From positions 15,748,001 to 15,812,000 of the forward strand of contig OZ024758.1 of assembly GCA_964016885.1 (NCBI GenBank): a stretch of DNA of 64,000 bases. The letters are read 5' to 3'. This document shows, piece after piece, positions 1-12,148 of the stretch. The notes under the pieces are model-generated. The model ran no database searches, was not told where the DNA came from, and saw nothing but the letters and a program-made list of their open reading frames with translations. Position 1 is the stretch's first letter; the number at the start of each line of letters is the position of its first letter. The DNA is from Eledone cirrhosa (lineage: Eukaryota). The position numbers and the translations under genes are program-made.

Positions 1-250
1 ATATATATACATAGATATGATCTGTGTATAGATATGATATTTATACATAGATGATATGATCTGTGTATAGATATGATATATATATATACATAGATGATAT
101 GATCTGTGTATAGAAGATATGATATTTATACATAGATGATATGATCTGTGTGTAGATATGATATATATATATATATATAGATGATATGATCTGTGTATAG
201 ATATGATATATATATATATATACATAGATGATATGATCTGTGTATAGATA

Positions 251-283
<33 letters not shown>

Positions 284-345
284 TGATATGATCTGTGTAT
301 AGATATGATATTTATACATAGATGATATGATCTGTGTATAGAGAT
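1..345. repeat. Minisatellite AGATGATATGATCTGTGTATAGATATG with variable (AT)n spacers
   Basis: About 8 copies visible. Confidence 0.9.
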
Positions 346-676
346 GACATGTATGCATATGTATCTGTGTGTATACCATGACTCATACACTATTCACATT
401 CCTGACATTTGCACATTCTATACTATACATGCAACTTTGATGAGTTGTAGTGCACCTGAGCACTGTACACAATAATTTTCATTATTATTTATGATATAAT
501 CTCTCTTCCAACGGGTCCTGTCAGAAGTAACTATCTCCAAATAATCTGATTTGATCTCCAAGCGAAACCAGCCGTGATTCAACCATCTTTGCTCAAGGTC
601 TATTCCTGGGTCTCCTGCCAGTTGGTTTTGCCCATAAAATCTGTCCAGTGATATTCTTTCCTGAGACATTCTATAG

Positions 677-1307
677 CAGATGTCCCAAACCACCAGGCTG
701 CGGGCCGGTACCAGTCCATGGATCATCTGTACTGAGCCGCAAAGAAATAATTAACTTGTTTAAAATTAAATACCATATTTCCTGTCATCAAAGATGCTAC
801 TTTTTTCCTGAAATAAGTCTCAAAAATGTACCATGCATCCTGGAGTGTTTATTATTTTCTTTTCAAATTTTGGGTGTCTCCTTGAGGACGAAGCGTCTTC
901 GGCGCCAGGAAATACCATAATAGATAAATTGAATATTGGACTTTAATTTAAAGATTTGTTTAAATATTCAATATTCATCTACTTTAATAAATTGCTCTTT
1001 TTATCGAAATGCACTTAACCCTTTAGCATTCACATTACTCTATATATACTATTATATTTTCATGGTAAAGGCTTTACCTCACATAATATCAAATCTATGA
1101 AATTTTGAAAGAATTTATTTTGAGAACAATACCTTAACATCAGTATGAGTGGCCAGATACAGCCAGTCTCAACAGAAAGAGGTAGAATAATTCTGGCCGG
1201 TTTGAACATTAAAGGGTTAAATAACACATATGTGCAAACACCGGTCTGCGGAAAGATTGTCTGACATGAAACCAGTCTGTGGTATAAAAAGAAGTTGGAG
1301 ACCACTG
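677..1307. mobile_element. hAT/Charlie-like non-autonomous element with a nested TTAA MITE, inserted into an RTE fragment
   Basis: CAGATGTCCCAAACC...GGTACCAGTCC left end and GTTGGAGACCACTG right end resemble MER1-type termini. Confidence 0.55.
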
Positions 1308-1619
1308 CTATATAAGAGTTTCCATATTGAACATTTTCTTCAACCCTGATTTAAATAACAGTAATAATTCAATAAAGCCTTTTTTGTGATACATCAAAGA
1401 TTTAATGTTGACAAAAAAAGAAAAGAAAAAAAACTGAAATAATAAATAAACGAAATGTTTGTACTTTAATCGGTGTAACTGAGTCATTTAGGATATGATG
1501 TATTTTTTATTTTTAAATATATTTATTATTTTATGTTAAGTTCTTTATTTATTTAACAATGTCATGTATTAGTATTAGTACAATAGTGTTATGTTGCCAA
1601 GTTATTTAGCATTTCAAGC

Positions 1620-1670
1620 ATATATATATATATATATGTATATATATGTGTGTGTAAACACACACACACA

Positions 1671-1741
<71 letters not shown>

Positions 1742-1877
1742 GTGTATATATGTATATATATATGTTGCCTATGTATTCTATTTCTCTGCCAGAATTTAGA
1801 ATTTAATTAGAAGATGGGAAGAAGTTTATAAGGAAGTATAAAAATTTGTTTGTTGTGTGTGTGCATACATGTATATG

Positions 1878-1926
<49 letters not shown>

Positions 1927-1945
1927 ATGTGTGTGTGCATATATG

Positions 1946-2021
<76 letters not shown>

Positions 2022-2038
2022 GTGTGTGTGTGTGTGTG

Positions 2039-2073
<35 letters not shown>

Positions 2074-2110
2074 CTGTGTGTATGTGTCTATGTATGCATG
2101 TGTGTGTGTA
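1620..2110. repeat. (TA)n/(TG)n microsatellite block
   Basis: Direct inspection. Confidence 0.95.
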
Positions 2111-2804
2111 TAAAGGACTAAGATCTGCTGCTTTATCTAGTTGAATATAATAATTAACTATAACCTAACCTGTAACTCTGAAGTAACTATTGTTATCCTT
2201 GTAGAAGCTCAAGAGAAAATACAATAGAAACAGTGTTGCCAACTTTGGGTGTTTATTTAGAGGATGTGACTAGGTAGAAACAACTGTTCTATGTATTTTG
2301 TCTTCCTTCAAAACTATTGTCTCTAATGCCAGACAAACGAAGCTCTAGTTTGATAAACTTCCTTCTGCTGTTGTTTTTTCTCTTTAATGGTAGGTTGAGC
2401 TATGTTAGTTGAATGGATAAAACAAGCGAGCAAGTACGTAAGATAGTTGGGTTAATCAGCTGAAGATTTTGGTGTCTTCGATTAAAAAAAAAAAAAAAAA
2501 AAAAATGTATATATATATATATATGTATATAACGAAATCAAAAAGATATATGTATATATATATAGAGAGAAGAAGAACCATACATCATATAAGAAACACA
2601 GTATATTGTATATATACCAAATACACATTCTATAGAAGAATATGTACTCGTACATAGGAATCAGCTGAATTTCTTGGTGTTTAAGATAATATATACCCCC
2701 CCCCCCCACTATCAAGAGCGTGAAACTAATAAACCTTTGTTTGGACTGCCTCTCTGTTTTGTTCCCGTTGCATTTTTCACTATATATATATATATATATA
2801 AATA

Positions 2805-2856
<52 letters not shown>

Positions 2857-2862
2857 AATAAA

Positions 2863-3197
2863 TGGAGGCACATGGCTTAGTGGTTAGAGCATTGGCCTTG
2901 CAATCGAAAGGTTGTGAGTTCAATTCTCAGACCGGGTGATGTGTTGTTTCCTTGAGCAAGACACTTTATTTCACATTGCTCCAGTTTACTCAGCTGTAGA
3001 AATGAGATGATAGGACTGGGGTCCATATCATTCCACTGCAAAGTGGTCGTGGAGGTGCCATAGCAAAAAAGCACCCAGCACTCACTGTAAATGAGGTTGG
3101 TGTTAGGAAGGGCAGCCAGCTGTAGAAATCAAGCCAGAATCAGTTCCCGTCCCACCCTTGCAAGCAGGGAAAAGCAGACGTAAAATGAAATGATGAT
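2863..3197 (+). mobile_element. tRNA-derived CORE-type SINE (family A) with RTE-derived 3' tail
   Basis: A box TGGCTTAGTGG, B box GAGTTCAATTC, CCTTGAGCAAGACACTT core; tail shared with the RTE LINE; near-identical copies at 27697-28020(+), 42575-42918(-), 54695-55030(+). Confidence 0.85.
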
Positions 3198-3381
3198 ATG
3201 TAGAACAATATATGTAGAACAATAAATATGTTGACTAGACACTTTCTGGTTCACAACATATCATGTTACCTTATTTTATCTGATGAGAGCGCAACTATCG
3301 TCCCAGGATGATATTTGTTTTTGAAATGTGCATAATAAAATATATGGAACTTTTTTAACCATCTTTTAATTTCTTCTTATA

Positions 3382-3444
<63 letters not shown>

Positions 3445-3791
3445 GACCCCGACAGCTGAGCTCCGGCTGTTTCAACAGCTAGATTCGGATCTAGCTGTCG
3501 AAACGACCAGAGCTCAGCCATCTGGGTCCCGAATCTTTTCATATATTACCCACTCTACTACCCTAAGTATCGAGTACTCTGGTGGGTTATGGCCCACCTG
3601 GTATTTTACCACACCTTATCTGATATATATATGTATATATATGTATATGAGTTAATCAGCTGAAAATATATAATAATAATAATAATAAATGTGAAGACTA
3701 AAATCCAAAGAAGATCCCGTTGAGGGTGAAAGCAGCGATTCTTTGCTTAAACTTTAATCTGTTATTTTAATAAATAAATATATATATATAT

Positions 3792-4051
3792 ATATCTTTA
3801 AGTCGTTTGGAAGCCTCGACAATGCAAATGGGTAAATCTCCGGGTAACAAGGTCCGGTGGTGGAGAGAGAGATGTAAGTGGGTGTACGTTGAGATGCGTG
3901 GTGTGTATAAGATGTGTGAGATGTGTAGAATGAAGGGAAGAGTATAAAGGACCTTGTTACCCGGAGATTTACCCATTTGCATTGTCGAGGCTTCCAAACG
4001 ACTTAAAGATATTTACTTATTGTTCCACAATGCTTCAAGCAAACTTCAATA

Positions 4052-4058
<7 letters not shown>
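3792..4058. mobile_element. (TA)n-embedded element with 64-bp perfect inverted repeats and a one-sided tail
   Basis: Arms 3792-3855 and 3949-4012, purine-rich spacer, ~45-bp tail, then (TA)n. Confidence 0.7.
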
Positions 4059-4107
<49 letters not shown>

Positions 4108-4134
4108 GAAAGTGAACAACACAATATATAACTA

Positions 4135-4202
4135 CTCCATTACCAAAGGTTTCAGGATCCTAGACAATATTAACATATGTCTAGTTCACTCATCAGACAG
4201 AA
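4135..4202 (-). ncRNA. Type I hammerhead ribozyme motif (Penelope-like element pLTR)
   Basis: Minus strand: UUCUGU-CUGAUGA-(GUGAA CUAGACA...UGUCUAG GAUCCU)-GAAA-CC UUU GG-UA^AUGGAG. Core complete; helix I has wobble pairs; the base of helix II is imperfect. Confidence 0.65.
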
Positions 4203-4375
4203 GGGTTTTCTATTAACCCCTCTATCTGGAGTAGTAATGGAGTAGTTATATATTGTGTTGTTCATTTTCTTATTAAATAGCTCTGTTCTATAGCACTCTT
4301 TTTTCCTTTGCTTTTTCTTTGGAAATACCTAATATATATATATATGTATTCTTGGTGTCTAAGATAAAAAATAAA

Positions 4376-4417
<42 letters not shown>

Positions 4418-4643
4418 TCTTGTAGAAAACCAGCCAGAAACAGTCCTATATGAGTGAGACATGGTCACCTGACACAATTTGCCTCTTAATAGGACAAACC
4501 CGTCTAACCCATGCTAAGGTGGAAGATGGAGGACATTAAATGATGATGATGATGAGTTAATCAGCTGAAGTTTTTGGTGTCTTAAGATAAATATATATAT
4601 AACACACACAATTTAATCAGCTGAAATTCTTAGTGTCTAAGAT

Positions 4644-4681
<38 letters not shown>

Positions 4682-4962
4682 TCATAGATTGAGTTAGAAA
4701 CTCAAAATAGTCTTTTACAATTAAATAGCTCAAGGAAGGGAATCTTTCCGAGCCGTGTAATACAATTGAATATATGAGAGGGATGAACACCGATGCGAGT
4801 ATACATGTGTTCGAATTGCAAATGACCAACGAGAAGAGTTTGTTGATTATTGGGTAAGAAAATTGCTCCCACACTGAACTGAAGACACTTAATTAACTAA
4901 CGACCCCAAATTAAGAATTTACTGTTAATGTTAGAAGGATTTGATTAGAAGAAAGACATTTG

Positions 4963-5697
4963 TAACCCTTTTGATACAAAACTGCCTGAAACACTCCTGG
5001 TTCTATGGTACCAAACAGCTTGAAACCACCTCTGGTTCTACAGTACCAAACAGCTTGAAACACCCCTGGTTCTACGGTACCAAACAGCTTGAAACACCCC
5101 TGGTTCTACGGTACCAAACAGCTTGAAACACCCCTGGTTCTATGGTACCAAACAGCTTGAAACACCCCTGGTTCTACGGTACCAAACAGCTTGAAACCAC
5201 CCCTGGTTCTATGGTACCAAACAGCTTGAAACACCCCTGGTTCTATGGTACCAAACAGCTTGAAACACCCCTGGTTCCATGGGAACAAAACTGTTTGAAA
5301 CACCCCTGGTTCTATGGGCACAAAACTGTTTAAAACTACCTCTGGTTCTATAATACAAAACTGTTTATGTTTATCTAAAAACCTTCCATCATAATTTTAT
5401 GTAAGAACCTTTGTTAAGTTATCTTCCAACCATCCCTGATTCAACGATACAAGACTGCTTGAAAATGTCCTTGGTTGTATGATACAAAACTTTGTTTTAA
5501 AGTGTTTATATTTATCTAAAAAAAAACTCCCATCATAATTCTATGAAGGAGTCTGTTATGTTATGTTCCAAACTCCAGATTAATAATGAGGAAATTAGTT
5601 ATTTGACTAAATCTCTTCAAATTATTGATTATTTTCAAAATTATTTGGAAATCATGGGGAGTGTCTTTCATTAGAAATAGGGTAATGAAAGGATTAA
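4963..5697. mobile_element. Second TTAA-type MITE family with an internal 34-bp tandem array (4985-5350)
   Basis: TAACCCTTT...AAAGGATTAA ends; unit CTTGAAACACCCCTGGTTCTACGGTACCAAACAG about 10 times; related copies at 36490-36973, 41200-41432, 50470-50735. Confidence 0.7.
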
Positions 5698-6210
5698 CGA
5701 ACTGTTTCAGACAATAATCTGATATTTTTTACATGGAAACAAAGATTGTCAGACAAATGAAATAATAATTATAAAACAATTGTAAAACCCATTTTGATTG
5801 CAGCTTCTAGCTAGTGTATAATTTAGATATGGATGGATGCAGCAGTTTGCATAAAAAATCACGAAGTGAGGTTCTGTGTTTGGACCGGATGTGTAACATC
5901 TTGAGCAATTAGTTGTCTTTAACCATAATAACCTTATGTTGAAAACTGCGCAGAGGCCCATCCTAACCCATTTAAGCATGTAAAACAATCAGTATTCTAT
6001 GATGACGATGATGATGATGATGATGATGATAGAGTAACTTTCTCATTATTAAGCTGGTGTTTGTAGCATAACAATTATAGTCTCAAATTGACCAATGCCT
6101 TGAGAATAAAATTTGGTAGATGAAAATTGTGCAGAAGCCCATCCTAACCCATGTAAACATGTAAACAATTAGTATTTAATGATGATGATGATGATATATA
6201 TATATATATA

Positions 6211-6410
6211 TCAGATAAGGTGTGGTAAAAAACCAGGTAGACCATAACCCACCAGAGTACTCAGTACCTGGGGTAGTAGAGTGGGTAATATGAAAAGATT
6301 CAGGACCCCGACGGCTGAGCTCCGGCTGTTTTGACAGCTAGATCTGAATGTTCGGATCTAGCTGTTGAAACAGCCAGAGCTCAGCCGTTGGGGTCCTGAA
6401 TCTTTTCATA
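6211..6410 (-). mobile_element. (TA)n-embedded fold-back element; family also at 3444-3623(+) and 18714-18915(+)
   Basis: ~120-bp palindrome plus a conserved ~80-bp one-sided tail ending in (TA)n. Confidence 0.75.
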
Positions 6411-7817
6411 TATATGTGTGAGTGTGTGTGTGTGTGTCTGTGTCTGTACTTACATTTACTGTCTATTAGTGATTCAACAGTAAGAAATCAATAAAATATG
6501 TATGAGACTCGAAGACATAAGCACTGGGAGTCATTATTATCAACTAAATCCCTCCAAAGTGTTGCCCCAGCATGGCCAGTCTAGTGAAAGAATAAAAAAA
6601 ATATAAAAAACATATTGTAATTTCTTTGAAAAGGAGAGTCCAGTTAAGTGTTTTTGTTGTGATAAATGTTAACCTCTGAGTTAATTTTTGTTTAATTCCA
6701 AACAGATCCATTGACGAGAAGAATCTGTAAGAAGTTTAATTATAAGTTAGCTAATTAATTAACACAAATTGTCAACGGAAGTTTTAAATTTTGTTGTAGT
6801 TCCTGTAAAGATAGGTAAATTTTTTATTAGGTTTTCTAGATTTTATAAATCTTATTTTATTTTCCCTCCGTATCCCTTCTATCATCACATTATGGCTATT
6901 GTCTCTGTTATTTGATATTGTAATATCTCTTACTCTATATCTTCTTCTTCTCCTCTCACTTATTCCTGAGAGGGTCGTGGGGCAGAGTCCTCAAACACTC
7001 CTTCCAGCAGGTCCTGTCAGAAGCAACCATCTCCAACTGATCTGCTTGGATCCGCAAGCGTGACCAGCCAAGCTCATGGATGTTATCCAACCATCTTGCC
7101 AGTTGGTTTTGCCTGTAAAATCTATCCAGCGATTCTTTCCAGAGACATTCTAGCCACATGCTTATAGTAAGAGCTATGATCTCTCAATTTGGAGAAGTAG
7201 CAGCTCTACCTGGAGAAACTCTTTGATCTCCGAGTTACACATTCTTTCCTGAGACATTCTAACCACATGCCCTTAATATCAAAACTGTGCTCTTTCAATT
7301 CCTAGCAATAGCAACTCTACCTGGAGTGACTCTCTGATCTCCGAGTTACACATTCTTTCCTGAGACATTCTAACCACGAGCTTATAGTATTGGAGCTGTT
7401 ATCTCTCAATTCGGAGAAGTAACAGCTTTTATCTGTTACTGTATATCTTTTTTTCTTTCTTGTGGACACAGCACAGCTTAGTTGAAAGGTCAAGTAGTTC
7501 ACTTCACAACATTAAGATCCTGGATTTGATCCCACAGCATCATATCTTGGGTTAACCCATGCCTTTTGAGTGATATTGGGTAGATGGAGACTGTTTGGAA
7601 TCTTGTCATAAGGACTGTACAGAGCTTCCATTACAGTTTTGGGGAGGGGGAGCTTAAGTATATAAACTGTACATATGTGTTGTTGTTATTGTTAGCTCAT
7701 GCTTAGGGTGGGGGAATGGCAGTATAGGGTAGAGCATTGGATAGAAAGTAAAGGTTCTGTGATAGAAAATAAGCCAATCAATCATGTTCTCAAAACAGAC
7801 ACAGCCAGCCATTACAG

Positions 7818-8185
7818 GCCACTGGTGTGTCACTCTAGATGTGGCACTGGTACAGCTAGTCACTGGTGTGTGTCACTCTAGATGTGCCACTGGTACAGCT
7901 AGTCACTGGTGTGTGTCACTCTAGATGTGCCACTGGTACAGCTAGTCACTGGTGTGTGTCACTCTAGATGTGCCACTGGTGCAGCTAGTCACTGGTGTGT
8001 GTCACTCTAGATGTGCCACTGGTACAGCTAGTCACTCTAGATGTGCCACTGGTACAGCTAGTCACTGGTGTGTGTCACTCTAGATGTGCCACTGGTACAG
8101 CTAGTCACTGGTGTGTGTCACTCTAGATGTGCCACTGGTACAGCCAGTCACTGGTGCAGCCAGTCGTTGGGGTGCCACTCTAGAT
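7818..8185. repeat. 43-bp minisatellite (~7 copies)
   Basis: CACTGGTACAGCTAGTCACTGGTGTGTGTCACTCTAGATGTGC. Confidence 0.92.
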
Positions 8186-8637
8186 GCTTTTGTAGTCAGC
8201 CATTGCCACTGGTCTCTATCCTCCATCATATGTAGAAGGGTCTCAATGCTGTGACCAGTCCAGTCTTTGATGTTGGGCCAGGATTTTCTTTGTTTGCCTC
8301 TCCTTTGCCCCTGCCTCAACTGTGCCCTGAAGGATGGTTTAAGACAAGGAGTTGTGGTGGGATACATGACCATACCAGGCAAGCTTCCATCTTTTCACCA
8401 TCGTAAGGAATGGTTCCTGTCTTCTAGCTTTTTTGTTATTTTAAAATGTCTATATTTAAATTAAAACCTTCCATCATAATTTTATGTAAGAGTTTTTTAA
8501 TATATGGTTAAAAAAACAACTTAATAATGAAAATATCAGTTATTTTAATGAATCTTTCCAAATTCTATGTTCTTGTTGTTGAGGTAAACTTTGAAGTCTT
8601 TACTAAATTAACACAAAACATACACACACACACATAT

Positions 8638-8962
8638 CATCATCATCATCATCATCATCATCATTTTACATCCGCTTTTCCCTGCTTGCAAGGGTGGGAG
8701 GGATCTTATTCAGCACAGCATCTCTCCACTCGTCACGGTCCTTCGTCATCGCCACCGTGAGCTTCAATGATCTGAGGTCTGTTCTCACCACCTCCGCCCA
8801 TGTTTTTCGTGGTCTACCTCTACCATGTCTTCCTTCAACTGGCATTTCCTGGCACTTCTTCACCCATCGGTCATCCTCCATGCGCATCACATGTCCATAC
8901 CACCTCAGTCTCCTCTCCCGTACACTACATTCTATCCCTCTCAGACACAGTTTCTCTCTCAA
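8638..8962 (-). mobile_element. RTE-clade LINE 3' fragment
   Basis: RRLRWYGHVMRM...GRGRPRKTW..V..DL, ending in GGACGTAAAA(TGA)n. Confidence 0.88.
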
Positions 8963-8987
8963 CACATATATATATATTTCTCTCTCA

Positions 8988-9039
<52 letters not shown>

Positions 9040-9625
9040 GTTTCCACTTTTGGCACAAGGCCAGCAATTACCCAGTACATTATTATGTGAAGACTAGAAT
9101 CCAAAGAGGGCTTGATAAGGATAAATATATATCAAATATATAAGAACCCTAGAGAAAATATTTCTTAAAATAACAGATTAAAGTTTAAGCAAAGATCCCG
9201 TTAAGGATGAAAGCAGCGATTCTTTGCTTAAACTTTAATCTGTTATTTTAATAAATATATGTGATGTGTTGTGTACTTGAGCAAGACACTTTATTTCACA
9301 TTGCTCCAGTTTACTCAGCTGTAGAAATGACATGATAGGGACTGGAATCCCTATCATTCCACTGTAAAGTGGTCGTGGAGGTGCCACGGCAAAAAAAGCA
9401 CCCAGCACTCACTATAAATGAGGTTGGTGTTAGGAAGGGCATCCAGCTGTAGAAATCAAGCCAGAATCAGTTCCCGTCCCACCCTTGCAAGCAGGGAAAA
9501 AGCGGACGTAAAATGAAATGATGAATGATAATATAAATTTAATGCAGAAATGGCTTCAACAGGACTAGAACTGTTTCATTCGAATGAAACACCTCTAGTC
9601 CTGTAGAAGCCATTTCTATATTAAA

Positions 9626-9664
<39 letters not shown>

Positions 9665-10098
9665 CATCATCATCATCATTTAATGTCCATCTTCCACGCT
9701 AGCATGAGTTAGACGGTTTTGTTCCATTTGATGAGGGAATGGCCAAGAGACCGTGTCTCGCTCGTACAGAAGTGTCTCTGGCAGGTTTTTTACAGCTGGA
9801 TGCCCTTCCTAACACCAATCACATTTACAGTGTGGACTGGGAGCCTTTTTACTGTCTCCTACATGACCACCTTAAAGTGTGGACTGTTGTGTCTTCGACA
9901 CAGTGGATGGAACGGGAAAGGGAGGATGGGTTAGGGTGTGTGGGATGGGGTGTACATTGGGTTAAGAGGTGCCTAATGACTGTAGATTTGTATGCAATGA
10001 CAGTCGGGTCTTCTGTACAACTGCATGGCGCCAAAGATTTCGATCCAGTGTCATTGTCTTAGGGAGGTGTAAGTGAGCAAGGTCAGTTTTTATCACTT

Positions 10099-10138
<40 letters not shown>

Positions 10139-12057
10139 TCATCATTTTACGTCCGCTTTTCCCTGCTTGCAAGGGTGGGACGGGTCCTATTCAGCACAGC
10201 ATCTCTCCACTTGTCATCTCCTCCGTGAGCATCAGCGATCTGAGGTCTGCTCTCACCACCTCCGCCCATGTTATATATATATAAGGAAAAGAAATTGAAA
10301 ATGCAACTGGAGTCTTTTTAAGAATATTTCGAGACACACCACAAACCCTCCATCTGAATTCTACATTTGAAAAGCATAAGAACTGTGAAACTGGTAAAGG
10401 ATATATATAAATATAACTAGTAAAGGATATATATAAATATTCTTAAAAATACTCCAGTTGCATTTTCGATTTCTTTTCCTGATACTTTCACCCTTGTAGG
10501 ACATCTGGTTTTTTTATTTAAAAAAACACCCTCATTCTCTTATATATATATATATATATATAGAGCAAATATTTATTAAAATAACTATGGTTTTTATATA
10601 TTTATATATATATTATCCTTATCGAGCCCTCTTCGGATTTGTCTTCACGTTTATTATTATTACTATATATATATATACATATATACAATTATGCTGTTGT
10701 CTCTATACATTTCACTGGTGTATTTAAATAAGTGTTTATTTCCACTATAAACATGGTGACCCAATCTCTCTCTCTCTCTCTCTCTCCCATACACACTCCC
10801 TCTCTCATACACACACTCTCTCGCTCTCTCTCACTAAACTTCCTTCTAAGAAGCCATTTAATTAAAGAGATATATCCAATCATACAAGCCAGTCACTGTA
10901 ATTATTGTATAAATGTTCTGTGTAGGTTTTGTTTCAGTTTCTATTCTTCACACACAGTAAAACAATGGGGAGTGGTGTGTGTCGGGGAAGTTTCTACCAT
11001 TCATGCTTTGAAACATCTTTTATTTCATTCTATTTATTTAAAAAAAAATTTTTTATACTGAATACTTTTTTTTTTAGATAATTTTACACACGTTTTTTGT
11101 TTTTCTTTTTTACAATTAAATAAATTTTTTTTAAAGATTTGTTAACCCTTTTGTTAAGCATTTACATTACTCTATATTTACTATTGTATTTTCACAGTAA
11201 AGACTTTATCTCATATAATTATCTCACATTATATCGAATCTATGAGATTTTGGTATTATTTATTTTGAGAACAATACCTTAACATCAGAATGAGTGGCCA
11301 GTTACGGTGAGAATGTAGTGAGAGAATTCTGGCCGGATACGGTCGGTTTAACCCTTTAGCATTTACATTATATATACTATTATATTTTACGGTAAAGGCT
11401 TTATCTCACATAATATTGAATCTATGAGATTGTGATATTATTTATTTTGAGAACAATACCTTAACATCAGTATGAGTGGCTGGTTATAGCCGGTTTGAAC
11501 AGGAAAGAGGTGAGAGAATTCTGGCCGAATATGACCAGTTTAAATGCTAAAGGGTTAAAGAATAATGGTGAAAGTGTATAATTTTCAATGCAATATCATA
11601 TTTTCTGCCATAACTGGTCCTAAGAAACAGATATAGATATACTGTACAGTTGTGTGTGTGTGTGTATATATATATACATATATATATATATATACATATT
11701 TATATATATATATATATCATCATCATCATCGTTTAATGCCTACTTTCCAAGCTTAGCATGGGTTAGATCATAAATTATATATGAAGGCGTGTGGTTGAGT
11801 GGTTAGAGAATTGGATTTGCAATTGTGAGGTTGTGAGTTTAATTCCTGGACCAGGTGATGTGTTATGTCCTTGAGCAAGACACTTTATTTCACGTTGTTC
11901 CTTCTACCTGGAGTTGTGACCGATAGATAGTATTAGAAATTGGAAAGACCAACGGATTTGACGAAAGTCGATCGACTGTTGATATATATGTGTGTGTATA
12001 TATAGATATATATCATAAAAATATGGATGAGGTGTCAAATTTTCATTACATCTATTG

Positions 12058-12148
12058 AGGCATGATGCGTGTTTCGCAATTGATCAGCTCAAGGTTCGAT
12101 CTGTGTTGATCGGGCCTGACTCTGGAATCAAAAGCTCATCAGATTTTT
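12058..12148 (-). ncRNA. Hammerhead ribozyme motif with long helix II (Penelope-like 3' end)
   Basis: Minus strand: CUGAUGA-GC..UUGAU..CAG..UCAGG..CGAUC(AACACA)GAUCG..CCUUGA..CUG-AUCAA..GC-GAAACACGCAUC^, followed by a short tail and (TA)n. Confidence 0.62.

Noticed and set aside
1591-2880. Several YIYI/HTHT-rich ORFs
   Set aside because: Translations of (TA)n/(CA)n microsatellites.
2863-2935. tRNA-like A/B boxes
   Set aside because: SINE head, multicopy, with no complete cloverleaf.
3279-3330. CTGATGA hammerhead-like core
   Set aside because: No helix II closed by GAAA and no helix III.
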